Below are positions 33,903-43,210 of a stretch of 44,343 bases of DNA, piece after piece (the stretch's first letter is position 1; every line of letters begins with the position of its first letter). The notes under the pieces were generated by a model that did no database searches, was not told where the DNA came from, and saw only the letters and a program-made list of their open reading frames with translations. The stretch covers positions 1 to 44,343 of the IMG/VR virus record IMGVR_UViG_3300024265_000101, one strand, 5' to 3'. The position numbers were made by a program, and so were the translations under genes. Origin of the DNA: a virus (Duplodnaviria; Caudoviricetes).

Positions 33903-35684
33903 CTATCTACTTTCGCCTTCAATTATGAAAGTAAAGCCAAACCAATCTATTGCAAAGCCGCTACCAGATCCCGAGAGTCTCCACGTAACTTGCCTTGAAA
34001 CAAATTGCTTGTATACCTCATACTTTGTTAACGCTCCAGTGAGAGTTATCGTAGCATAGTTCTTCCAGCTCCCGCCTTTGTCTGTACTATACTCAATGGT
34101 TAGGACACCCCCTTTGGCAAAAATAGAAAACGAATCCATGCGAATTTCTAATTCAGAAATCATGAAGTTTTTGCTTACCCAATTCCAAGGAATAGCCGCG
34201 CCGTCGTCTGTGGTAGAGAAGAAATCATATTCAAATACTTGTAATGCAACGTCTCCTCCAAGAAGCATGGTCGGAGCAGATGCTTGTACGATACTACTTC
34301 CCCAAGTAAACGACTGTGCTGTCCAATCACCTTCGAGCTCACTCCAGGCTTTGGAGATAGTCTCCTCAAATATCCCCCAACCAGAAAGTTCTATACTAAA
34401 ATCTCGAATAGACCACCGATTCTTATTAAGATCTAGCCTCGCAACTTTCGTAGGAAACTCATCATTTGTATTAGGCCAGAAGATAAAAATCTCTCGCAAA
34501 CCTCGTAGATGAATCCCAAATACGCGCTGAAAGAATCCAGGAGAAACCTCTGAACCTACTCCGAATAGTTTATCAAAGAGTTCTCCTGAGATACTATCAG
34601 CATCGAAGCCTCCGAAATATTCATAGATGTCAGATTCGTCCATACAGATGTGACGAGTTCCTATAGGAATTACAGCATCATGAGAAACTATACCTTTCTC
34701 TGTTACCATAGTATTCCAGTCAACAAGGTCTGTATCGTCGCCTGTCCACTCCCCTCGACGAATCGAATTCGCACGGTAAGCAATCAAAAAAGGTCCGAGG
34801 ATTATTAAACGCTTTATATCATCCTCTTCATCAAAGAAATCTGAAAACCCCGCAATGCCCGCATTCCAAATCTCAAAGCCTCCTACGTCCGAGTTTCGTA
34901 CACGTTGAGGTTTATTCGTAGCACTCTCTACAACAAAACCCAAGAACAAGGTGTTGTTAAAAATAGCAAGGGTTCTGCAAGTATCTACATTGACTGTAGA
35001 TAGCCCTCCGAGGGCTGTAACAGTTCCTCCTGCGGCAGGGTCGTACTTTTGAACTACGTCAACGCCATTAGTAAAGATTACCCAATCGTTAGAAGGGTCA
35101 GTAACAATACTAATTTGTCGGTCATCAATTCCGACATATACAGCAGCTTTTAAGACCACTGCACCGCTATCTGCTTGTCTCCCGGCGGGGATGCCATCGT
35201 CTATAGTAATGTCATTGAGCCCGCCATCGATAGAAGCAATCGTAGTCCTGTGCTGAGAACCATCATCTAAGGCGATACCAATCCGATCTGTCGCAGAGAA
35301 ACCTGTAACATCTACAACAGAGATAACCGTTTCCGCTGCGGGTTCAATAGCATCTGTGGTGGTGTCGGTTCCATTAGAAATGTACTGCCAAGCAGAAGCT
35401 ATCCGCCTATAAAAGGTAGCATTTGTTATTAGAAGATATTCTACAGTCTGGCTAGCAAGTACAAACCGGTAGACTCGTCTAGGCGCTCCAACCACCACGC
35501 CTTGAAATTTATCATACCCGGTGTCTGAACGAATCTGCCCCTGACGGAAGAATACGTTTAGAAGATCACTTGCCTTGGAATCATCTAAATCATCTGGATC
35601 ATCTGAAACGTCCAAACCAGCGTCTAAACGGTTAACAAACCGAGAAGTAACGCCATCAGGAAGTTGGATATCTTGTCCAGGCAT
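33903..35684 (-). CDS. Tail nozzle / head-stabilisation protein (P22 gp10 / T7 gp12-like beta-propeller)
   Basis: GL..SDDP..L......LLNV N-terminus, FTNG, R.R.S...W blades; size and position fit. Confidence 0.75.
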   Translation of the reverse strand: MPGQDIQLPDGVTSRFVNRLDAGLDVSDDPDDLDDSKASDLLNVFFRQGQIRSDTGYDKFQGVVVGAPRRVYRFVLASQTVEYLLITNATFYRRIASAWQYISNGTDTTTDAIEPAAETVISVVDVTGFSATDRIGIALDDGSQHRTTIASIDGGLNDITIDDGIPAGRQADSGAVVLKAAVYVGIDDRQISIVTDPSNDWVIFTNGVDVVQKYDPAAGGTVTALGGLSTVNVDTCRTLAIFNNTLFLGFVVESATNKPQRVRNSDVGGFEIWNAGIAGFSDFFDEEDDIKRLIILGPFLIAYRANSIRRGEWTGDDTDLVDWNTMVTEKGIVSHDAVIPIGTRHICMDESDIYEYFGGFDADSISGELFDKLFGVGSEVSPGFFQRVFGIHLRGLREIFIFWPNTNDEFPTKVARLDLNKNRWSIRDFSIELSGWGIFEETISKAWSELEGDWTAQSFTWGSSIVQASAPTMLLGGDVALQVFEYDFFSTTDDGAAIPWNWVSKNFMISELEIRMDSFSIFAKGGVLTIEYSTDKGGSWKNYATITLTGALTKYEVYKQFVSRQVTWRLSGSGSGFAIDWFGFTFIIEGESR

Positions 35685-35693
35685 TAGAAGTCC

Positions 35694-35945
35694 TTACGTT
35701 GTGGTTCCATCAGGAAGTGTCCAATTCGTACCGTCGTCGATATTTAACTGGCCATCATCGGAATTAAAGATAATCTTTCCCATAATTCCTGCTGCGGGAC
35801 GAGAAGCATTCGTGTAGATTTTAGGAAGAAGTTCCTGCTCTCGTAAAACTACAAGTTGCCTGAGCAAAGATTGCAACTGTACTCTTTGTTCAGGCGAGAA
35901 GCTAGTTAAGTTAATATCAAAGACAGGAAATCTTTTTGCAGACAT
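35694..35945 (-). CDS. Small tail-associated protein
   Basis: RP...G.IIFNSD...L...DGTNW motif typical of tail proteins. Confidence 0.6.
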   Translation of the reverse strand: MSAKRFPVFDINLTSFSPEQRVQLQSLLRQLVVLREQELLPKIYTNASRPAAGIMGKIIFNSDDGQLNIDDGTNWTLPDGTTT

Positions 35946-35959
35946 ATTACTATGCCTTT

Positions 35960-36223
35960 TTAACTCGCGCGTGGTGACCGGCGAACGCTAGCAACTGCAC
36001 CCTCAGCAGGTCCCCGCCATGTCACTCGAGCAGTTGCGGGAACAATCGTTAATCGGTTCATGAGTGCGCGTGCGCGTACAAAAGGGTTCGCGCCGTTATC
36101 GATTGTGAAATCTACAGCCTCATCTACTATTGGATCCTCAACCGGCTCGAAAGTAATGTCAGTCTCCTGCACATGAAAATGCAAAAGAGCCCCAGCAGAA
36201 AAGTAAGCACGACAGTATAACAT
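35960..36223 (-). CDS. Small hypothetical protein (tail-fibre chaperone candidate)
   Basis: TAATG-coupled to the fibre gene. Confidence 0.55.
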   Translation of the reverse strand: MLYCRAYFSAGALLHFHVQETDITFEPVEDPIVDEAVDFTIDNGANPFVRARALMNRLTIVPATARVTWRGPAEGAVASVRRSPRAS

Positions 36224-37017
36224 TATGCGTTTATATACCTGTGGTCTACGTCAAAAGTTGTGTTCCCGCCACCACCAATATTTGAAATTGCGAGGCGGGG
36301 GTTGTCGGCTGAAGCGCCATCTACCGAATGCCCACTAATCAGCGCTTGTCTTACGCCTGTATGTAGCATTGGGAAGAACGAATAAGCATTCAGGGTAACA
36401 TCAACCTTCGTATTAGTGTTTGAAGCCCCAGCTGTACTAGCGGTGGCAGTTGTGATCTTTGCTCTCTCTACGGCAGCAGCAGCTATTTCAGCAGTGTCAA
36501 CGGTGGCTAGGACTGCTAATGCGCCGAGCCCGAGAGTAGTACGTTGCGCAGCTGCATCAGCATCATCAACGAGCGCACGACCAGCAACAGTGAATGCAGT
36601 AAGCGCTGCAGTACCCGAACCTGTGAAATAAGCAAGTTTATCTGCTGCACTTACGAGCGCTGCTATTGCAGTCAACTCAGCATCTAATGGCTGAACACCG
36701 AAAACAGCGCCCGCAGCGGAAAGTTGTAGAACATTCCCATCCTCATCTTTCCAAAACAATTCAGCTTTTGTGGATACGTCTTTAGTATAGAGCATCCCCT
36801 CATCGGCAACATCTGCAGGATCTGCTCCGAGAGGATCTACAAAAGTAATCTGCGTATGCTTTCCTGCATCCGTAGTATCATCCCAATCGTGATCTACCTC
36901 AGCCCGCTCACGAGTATCTCGTTTGAGATTTCGTATCCGCAAAGCACCTTCGGATGCTTGATCGTTATCGGCAGGGATATTCTCGTAAGCCGAATCCCAA
37001 ACTTGTGTATGTGCCAT
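36223..37017 (-). CDS. Short tail fibre / fibre anchor protein
   Basis: P.D.D..SEGA..IR.LK anchor; QPLDAELTAIAAL...DKLAYFTG...GRAL.DDADAAAQRTTLGLG fibre repeat. Confidence 0.75.
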   Translation of the reverse strand: MAHTQVWDSAYENIPADNDQASEGALRIRNLKRDTRERAEVDHDWDDTTDAGKHTQITFVDPLGADPADVADEGMLYTKDVSTKAELFWKDEDGNVLQLSAAGAVFGVQPLDAELTAIAALVSAADKLAYFTGSGTAALTAFTVAGRALVDDADAAAQRTTLGLGALAVLATVDTAEIAAAAVERAKITTATASTAGASNTNTKVDVTLNAYSFFPMLHTGVRQALISGHSVDGASADNPRLAISNIGGGGNTTFDVDHRYINA

Positions 37018-37716
37018 TTAGTGAACTCCTCGCACAAAGGGATCTAACCAATAGTCTCCTATTGATACTCCTGCTTCAAATACGGGTACTATATCTCTAC
37101 CAGGTTTTATCTTCTCTTCCTCTTTTGCTCGAGCAAGAAGAGCACCAAAGACTTGATACTTCTTTACAGCCTTATCTAGCATTCCAAGAGAATCCATTAG
37201 ATCTGCTGTTGCAAGGACTATTAGCAAATCATCCTTTTCTTCTAACTCCGTAGTCTGGGCAAGCGTAGTTAGTGGTATGGGCCAAGAGCCGCGCTTGATA
37301 TTGATCTTGTATTCTATATCTGGAACTGGCCAAAAAGCCCAGAATTTTCCCCAATTATTGAAGAAGTTTGGAGAACTCTTTGTTAGCGTCGCAGTAGAAT
37401 CATGAATTCTTGGAAAGCGTTTGTCGAATTCTGTAGGAGTTAGCCAATGCAACCTAGTTGTACTATCGCCATCTTTGAGAACCATACTCAACTGGTAACG
37501 GAAATTCGCAGGATAAGCTAAGCTAGTAGCGTCTGCGGGGAGAGTTAATTCTGCATCAGGAGTTTCAAGTTCTTCCCAGAGGCTCTCTCGAGTGATTTTC
37601 ACCTGAGCGATATTTAGCCAACGTTCAATACGAGAGCCAGCGACAACGGTTAAATCATCACGAGTTGCGAGCGCCGCATGGACTTCGTCTTGAAGGATTT
37701 GATTCGTAAAGGACAT
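37018..37716 (-). CDS. Head-tail adaptor (tail tubular protein A-like)
   Basis: WLN.AQ, YP..F, FWPVPD..Y motifs; located between capsid and nozzle genes. Confidence 0.75.
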   Translation of the reverse strand: MSFTNQILQDEVHAALATRDDLTVVAGSRIERWLNIAQVKITRESLWEELETPDAELTLPADATSLAYPANFRYQLSMVLKDGDSTTRLHWLTPTEFDKRFPRIHDSTATLTKSSPNFFNNWGKFWAFWPVPDIEYKINIKRGSWPIPLTTLAQTTELEEKDDLLIVLATADLMDSLGMLDKAVKKYQVFGALLARAKEEEKIKPGRDIVPVFEAGVSIGDYWLDPFVRGVH

Positions 37717-37731
37717 TAGAGGTTTATCCTT

Positions 37732-37750
37732 TTGACCAAAGGTTGGTCAA
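37732..37750. promoter_or_regulatory. Dispersed palindrome copy 6 (TTGACCAA-AGG-TTGGTCAA)
   Basis: Perfect intergenic copy abutting the adaptor RBS; GC hairpin next to it at 37754-37774. Confidence 0.85.
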
Positions 37751-37799
37751 TAGAAGGGGGCATCCGTGCCCCTTGGAGGTAAATCCTTTAGAAACTTCC

Positions 37800-38270
37800 T
37801 TAGAATGGAAAGTCACAGATGATTTCCTTATCCGAAGCGTCTCCGGTCCAGGCACAGATATGAGCATTCGCTGCAGTAGCGACGTTGATATCCAAAGTAC
37901 CATCACCACTACCTGTTGGAGTATACGGAGAATCGTCCGTAGCTACAGTAAGCGCGATGCTCAAGGTAGCGAAGCCCTTAATCTGAATCCAACCGTATTC
38001 AGCTTCTGACATAATAGCCTGAAGCACTCCGGCACCGATCGAAGAAGATGCAGTAAGATCGGAAGTCACCTGATGAAGTTTGTAACCGTCGATCGCATCA
38101 TAGTATGCTACTTCTCCAGCCACACCATCCACCGCAGCGGCTTCTTCGTTATACTGAACCCACTTGTAGACCTTATTTCCCTCGAAACGAATAGTACCGA
38201 GGCCCTCAACATCCGTTGTCTTTACATCCGTGAGTTTCGTTACGAAGATCTTTTTCATACCACTTGGCAT
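37800..38270 (-). CDS. Capsid decoration/cement protein
   Basis: G..Y.WVQ and GV......YGWIQ.KG motifs; immediately after the major capsid gene. Confidence 0.65.
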   Translation of the reverse strand: MPSGMKKIFVTKLTDVKTTDVEGLGTIRFEGNKVYKWVQYNEEAAAVDGVAGEVAYYDAIDGYKLHQVTSDLTASSSIGAGVLQAIMSEAEYGWIQIKGFATLSIALTVATDDSPYTPTGSGDGTLDINVATAANAHICAWTGDASDKEIICDFPF

Positions 38271-38295
38271 TTTCGCATTCCTCTATGAAGTTACC

Positions 38296-38330
38296 AAATA
38301 AAGTAGGGAGGGCATCCAATCCCTCCCCAC
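38296..38330 (-). terminator. Terminator after the major capsid gene
   Basis: GTGGGGAGGG-ATTGGATG-CCCTCCCTAC followed by TTTATTT. Confidence 0.7.
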
Positions 38331-38345
38331 GACACCGGCCGGGGC

Positions 38346-39332
38346 TTACGCCGTATCCAGACCGAAAAGCACGCCCTGAGTGAGGCGTCGACTTGTAGTG
38401 AAAGCACAGGCAGTAATGATCTGTGCAGCGCGGTCCTTGACTTGCTCAGGAATGTGCTTCCATTCCGTCATGTCGAAGAACGCAATCGGATCGTACCTGA
38501 ACGTCAGATGACGAGTGTTCAGGAAGTACATCCGAGTGTTCGCACACTGCGGCGACCAAATCATTGGAACGCCCTTGAAGCTCTGGTTGTCGAATCCAGC
38601 ATCAGCCAGCTTATTGTTCTGAGTCCTATAGTGCGAATCGAGAACGAAATCCTCGTACCGCTCATAGGGAGTTTGCCCAGAGACAATAATATCCGGCTTG
38701 GAATTGCCCAGATTCTGTGACGTGTCATGGAACATCGTACGCATTGCAGACACGCCTAACGTGGCAAAGCTATTGCTAGCTTCGTCGGAGAACTGGTTTC
38801 TCCAGAAGGTATTGTCATTCTGCGTGATGCCACCGACAGTTACAGCGGCTGTTGGATCGTCGGCCACCAGATGCTGAAGGCCAGAGATCTTATTGGTAGC
38901 TGAGTTGTCACCTTCAAAGAGACGCTGCTCGAGGTCGTCTGCAAGAGCACTTTGCAGATTCGCCAGTTTAGCGTTCATGAAGTTGACGATTAGAGCCTTT
39001 CCTCGATTCTGCTGATCATCGACGAAGAATCGCACGATGGAACCGACTTGATATCTCCACGACCACTTAGAGGTAGTGATGAACTCGAAGTCGTTCAGCG
39101 AAACCGTACCGCCTTTCGTGAGCCAGAAGATCTGGTCACTCTTGGCGTGCTGGATCGGCTCAGCGATATCTCGACCACCTGAGGTGGTTTGCAACCGCCC
39201 CTTGTCCCGCATGAAGAACCAGAACGGAACCGAGTCGAAGATATTGTCCTGAATCACCTGCAACCGATGCCGCCAGGTACTGGAGTATAGGTTGTCGAGT
39301 GTTTCAGTTAAATTAGCAGGTACTGCTGCCAT
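38346..39332 (-). CDS. Major capsid protein (HK97 fold)
   Basis: DNIF, GG..I..PI, ISGL, VGGI.....FWRN, PD.I, GF....FKG, YFLN; follows the scaffold gene. Confidence 0.88.
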   Translation of the reverse strand: MAAVPANLTETLDNLYSSTWRHRLQVIQDNIFDSVPFWFFMRDKGRLQTTSGGRDIAEPIQHAKSDQIFWLTKGGTVSLNDFEFITTSKWSWRYQVGSIVRFFVDDQQNRGKALIVNFMNAKLANLQSALADDLEQRLFEGDNSATNKISGLQHLVADDPTAAVTVGGITQNDNTFWRNQFSDEASNSFATLGVSAMRTMFHDTSQNLGNSKPDIIVSGQTPYERYEDFVLDSHYRTQNNKLADAGFDNQSFKGVPMIWSPQCANTRMYFLNTRHLTFRYDPIAFFDMTEWKHIPEQVKDRAAQIITACAFTTSRRLTQGVLFGLDTA

Positions 39333-39372
39333 TGGATTTCACCTTTAGAAGTGATTGATAGATTCCATCTAT

Positions 39373-40143
39373 CTATATAGTGTCTATCCCTAGAGCCTTT
39401 TGCATTTCCTCTCGCCCGCCCAGGGCATCCTCAACTTCGTCCCACGCTGCGTCGGCGGCCTCATCAGGTTCCATATCAGTACGTTCTTCGACTTCACCAC
39501 CCCCCGAGGGGCGCATTCCGCCAAAGTTGCTTCCTTGCTCAGCAGCACTTCGTTCTGCCTCTTCCTTTTGCTTCGTAGCTATTTCCTCATCTACCTTCTT
39601 GGACTTGTCTGGATCTCGGGTTCGTGCAAGAAGATAAGCATCCTCTACTGAAAGATTTGGATTGCCCCGGAGTTCTTTGGCAACCTCTTGCTTCCAGTGG
39701 TCAAAATCAGGGCGATTTCCTCGAATAGAAGAGACTTCATCCCTCACGGCTTTGGTCTCGAATTCGGAGGAAACGCTTTCTAGTCGGTCGGAAACAGTCT
39801 TGAGTTTCGTATCAAGCATGGTTCCCAATTCAGGAAGAATTACATCGTGTAAGAATTCCTTCCTCGAAAGAGCTTCTACATCCTGGTCATTACCGGAGGC
39901 AGGAGTCTTCCGTTGTGTGCCTTGCTCATCAGAGAGTTTCTGGAAAGAGCCTTGCATAGATTCGATGGCATCTTTCTGAGACTTCACTACACCAGCAAGA
40001 GCCTGCATTCCTTTTAGGAGCTTCGCATTCTCCTCTGTTTGGGTCTTCACGGCAGATTGGAGAGCTACCATATCCTTACCGGACTTTTCTACAGCTTCTT
40101 CAGCCGCCTTCTTGAGTTCATCTTCTGTCTTAGGTTTATTCAT
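39373..40143 (-). CDS. Capsid scaffolding protein
   Basis: Acidic coiled coil, PDF, EDAY.LA; precedes the major capsid gene; GAGGTG RBS before 40143. Confidence 0.75.
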   Translation of the reverse strand: MNKPKTEDELKKAAEEAVEKSGKDMVALQSAVKTQTEENAKLLKGMQALAGVVKSQKDAIESMQGSFQKLSDEQGTQRKTPASGNDQDVEALSRKEFLHDVILPELGTMLDTKLKTVSDRLESVSSEFETKAVRDEVSSIRGNRPDFDHWKQEVAKELRGNPNLSVEDAYLLARTRDPDKSKKVDEEIATKQKEEAERSAAEQGSNFGGMRPSGGGEVEERTDMEPDEAADAAWDEVEDALGGREEMQKALGIDTI

Positions 40144-40177
40144 TTCACACCTCATGTGTGCTAGAAGAGATTAGAGA

Positions 40178-40486
40178 TTAAACTTCTTCGTCTTCAACTT
40201 CAGGAACTTCTTCGTCTTCAACTTCAGGAACTTCTTCTTCAGAAGGACTTCTCGCCTCTGCCACTTCTCGGGCTTCTTCAATAAGTCTTGCTTGCTCCGC
40301 CGCTTCCTCTGTACGCTTCCTTCGCATTTCTACTCCAGCCAACGCGCACAAGCGCACGAGTTCCTTTCTTGCTTGCATTGCTGCTCGAGCTACCTTTCCC
40401 GGAGTGATTCCATCGATAGAAGAGAACTTCACCGTACTGGAACCATTCGGAAGGAATTCAACAGTTAATCTCGGATTTGGCATCAC
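40178..40486 (-). CDS. Hypothetical protein with an acidic repeat tail
   Basis: AGGAG RBS; ends EEVPEVEDEEVPEVEDEEV. Confidence 0.65.
   Translation of the reverse strand: MMPNPRLTVEFLPNGSSTVKFSSIDGITPGKVARAAMQARKELVRLCALAGVEMRRKRTEEAAEQARLIEEAREVAEARSPSEEEVPEVEDEEVPEVEDEEV
40181..40237. repeat. 24-bp coding tandem repeat (2.4 copies)
   Basis: AACTTCTTCGTCTTCAACTTCAGG twice plus a partial copy. Confidence 0.85.
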
Positions 40487-40503
40487 TTTCTCCTGTAGTC
40501 TAT

Positions 40504-40794
40504 TTAGACTTCCGTTACATGAGGACCGCGTTCCCCATCTATACTATAGTAACATGTGAGATCATTCTTTGCACAGATCTTGCGGAGTTGCTTCTTGCTT
40601 GTCACATACTGTGGGTCGTTGTCAATATGCTCGAACCATTGTGATTTGAAGATGGACAACCCTGGAGGCCGAATGAGCACTCGCATGGGAGCGGAGCAAT
40701 CTTTGCAGGGAATGTTCTCGAGATCAGCAATTTTCAAGAACACATCGATATGCTCTTCCTTGCACTCGTCACATCGGAGATCATAAAAAGGCAT
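40504..40794 (-). CDS. FmdB-like zinc-ribbon protein
   Basis: MPFYDLRCDEC...CKDC...M; a common neighbour of portal genes. Confidence 0.8.
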   Translation of the reverse strand: MPFYDLRCDECKEEHIDVFLKIADLENIPCKDCSAPMRVLIRPPGLSIFKSQWFEHIDNDPQYVTSKKQLRKICAKNDLTCYYSIDGERGPHVTEV

Positions 40795-40807
40795 CAGGAG
40801 GTTCCTA

Positions 40808-42532
40808 TTATTGTTCCGCCACCGGCGCACTTTGCGGCCCAGCGAGAAGCCCCGCCACCTGAGGAGCTTGCCCAAGGAGACTTCCCAATTGACCTACATC
40901 CAATGGTCTCTGCTGTGTTCCTTGTCCTTGCAAATCTCCTCGAAGCATGGACGAGAACTGCACTCCTTCCATTTCATTCAAGAGATACTGGGTCAACCTT
41001 AAAGGATCTATCAAAGGATTGGTTTTCAACTGCTGATACAACGTCAACGCCTTAGCTTCACGCAATTCCTTTGTTTGTGGGATAGAAGTATCTGGGTCAA
41101 TCTTAATTTCATAGCTCCCTTGCTTGAGAATCTCAGGCCTGAAACGCACCCATAAAGGAGCTCCTTGTGGACCTGCTACGTTAATCACTTCCTCACCAGT
41201 CCAATGTTGAAAGATAACTGTATGCATCGAATCTATAACATCCGTTAGCATATCAGCGGTCATATCTCTGCGTTCGTCTACACGAATCTCAGAAGCATTC
41301 CGTACGATAGCTGCTTCGGTTGCAGTTGTGCGCTTCGATTTGCCTTCAGAGAACTCACCGAATTGATTACGCCCAAAGCCTTGCTGCTCCCGCACGTCTT
41401 GGAGAATAATCGCTTCAGCTTCGATTAACCCATTAGGAATACCTGCGGCAGTAAGAACTTTTACCACACTATCAGGATCTCCCTTAGTATGGATAACTGG
41501 TCCAACGACTTCGGAAACAAGTTTTTCTGCTTCCTCATCGTCCATGCCACCGATCTTTACAAGGAATTTCACTAAGGAAAGGCGACGATGTTTCATCTGC
41601 TGGGTGCGAACTTCGTTTAGTTCGCGTTGCTGCGGATCGAGGATATGTGCATCGGGAACTCCCCAAGCAACGTCATCGTCCTCATTAAAGACCAGCATAT
41701 GCCAGTTGAATCCGCCATCCTGCTGAAAGAAGTCATCATCGAAGAATAGAATTTTCTCAGTGATGTGTGGAGCAAGAACGAAGACTTTCCCAAGCTTTTT
41801 GTCTCGAATCTCCAAAAGGTCTATCATGTCTTCGCCGTCTTCGATAGGAGAGGACATAGGCGGGTCGATGTGGGTTTTATGTGCAGAGCCGGCACGGAGA
41901 TTCTTTACATTTTTGAGGGTAGGATCTGAGCGAACATCATCCATAGGACGGCGAATCCATTCTGCTGCCCAGCGAGCACAGTCGAGAGATTCCGTATTCG
42001 CAGGAAGAACGAAGTTTCCTGTTTTTACCCGACTAAACCAGGGCATTTGACGGAGTACTCGAGAATTATACTCAAAGATCTCCCCACCTGAGGATATAGG
42101 ACGATCTGTAGCTTCGCCAAGGATAGGAGTAGGAACGAACTCAGCCCCAAAACCGAGCTTTCCAAAAGAAGATCCCCACATCCAAGTATCCTGGACCATT
42201 TTCTTAATCTGCTGCTTCATCCGCATTTGCTTGATAAGCTTATTGTCCACAGATTCGAGGACTTTAGCAAAAGCCATAGGCATGACCCCAGGCTGGGAGG
42301 CTTGAACCGAAACGGACGGATTACGGAAGTATATTCGTGGGACAATCGTTCGGACCATACGAAAGTATAGATTGGAGGGAATCACCCCTGCGTGCCAGTT
42401 TCCACGGTAGTAGTCTCTCCAAGTAGACCAGGATTCTTCGTGGGTGAATTTCTTACGAAAGGCAGTGCCTAAGCGGACTTGGCGCAACCAGAACTCGGGG
42501 TCAGGCTTACCTTTGAGATATCCAGCAGGCAT
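40808..42532 (-). CDS. Portal protein
   Basis: 574 aa; YY.G, P..YFRNP, Q.ELN..R, RTTATEA motif; position in the head module. Confidence 0.88.
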   Translation of the reverse strand: MPAGYLKGKPDPEFWLRQVRLGTAFRKKFTHEESWSTWRDYYRGNWHAGVIPSNLYFRMVRTIVPRIYFRNPSVSVQASQPGVMPMAFAKVLESVDNKLIKQMRMKQQIKKMVQDTWMWGSSFGKLGFGAEFVPTPILGEATDRPISSGGEIFEYNSRVLRQMPWFSRVKTGNFVLPANTESLDCARWAAEWIRRPMDDVRSDPTLKNVKNLRAGSAHKTHIDPPMSSPIEDGEDMIDLLEIRDKKLGKVFVLAPHITEKILFFDDDFFQQDGGFNWHMLVFNEDDDVAWGVPDAHILDPQQRELNEVRTQQMKHRRLSLVKFLVKIGGMDDEEAEKLVSEVVGPVIHTKGDPDSVVKVLTAAGIPNGLIEAEAIILQDVREQQGFGRNQFGEFSEGKSKRTTATEAAIVRNASEIRVDERRDMTADMLTDVIDSMHTVIFQHWTGEEVINVAGPQGAPLWVRFRPEILKQGSYEIKIDPDTSIPQTKELREAKALTLYQQLKTNPLIDPLRLTQYLLNEMEGVQFSSMLRGDLQGQGTQQRPLDVGQLGSLLGQAPQVAGLLAGPQSAPVAEQ

Positions 42533-43200
42533 TAGTTTTGTTTCCCTTGAAGATTCTGCCCAAGTTCCTGAAGGCGCTCAAATTCTTTCTCTACTATTTT
42601 ACGTTTCATCTGGAGCGCTCGATCTTTCCCACGAAGTTGGGTACGAAGATCTAGAAGTTCTTGACTAGTAAGATCCCCAGCATTCGTAAGTTCTCCTGTG
42701 AAAGGATCTTCTAATTCAATTTCTTTCAACTTTCTTTTAATTCGAGCTCTAGTAAGTTCAGGGGTGGCTGGATTATCCGCTGCTCGACGTAAACTCTGAG
42801 CATCATCCACGCCGGTTAGGACAGTTGCTAGCTTTGTGTCCTGGCCAAGAATGGTTCGAGCTTCGTCCCCGGAGGCGTTTAATTCTTTAACAAGTTGTTT
42901 CAATCTAGGACCGACTAAGTCCTTTATCATTGCCCCAGAAACAAAAGGAGCTATCCCCAAGGCAGTAAACAGCGCCTCTTCTACACTTGGGTCCTTAGCG
43001 AATCTCTGTACTCCCGCGGCAGTTCCTAGAACATCTCCTACCACCGGTATTGGAGAGGAAAGCAATTCTGCATTCCCTAAAGGATCTTCCTTTATATCGG
43101 ATACAAAATTCTCCAAGAAGATATCAAATCGACTGCGCCCACCACCGAGTTGAGGTTGTGGAATCGGAGGAACTCGGCGCTTTAGATTTTCGTTGGGCAC
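42532..43200 (-). CDS. Hypothetical virion-module protein with a pre-toxin-like hydrophobic hairpin
   Basis: PIPVVGDVLG.AAG...ALGIAPFVSG, followed by a coiled-coil C-terminus. Confidence 0.6.
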   Translation of the reverse strand: MPNENLKRRVPPIPQPQLGGGRSRFDIFLENFVSDIKEDPLGNAELLSSPIPVVGDVLGTAAGVQRFAKDPSVEEALFTALGIAPFVSGAMIKDLVGPRLKQLVKELNASGDEARTILGQDTKLATVLTGVDDAQSLRRAADNPATPELTRARIKRKLKEIELEDPFTGELTNAGDLTSQELLDLRTQLRGKDRALQMKRKIVEKEFERLQELGQNLQGKQN

Positions 43201-43210
43201 CAGAAAATTC

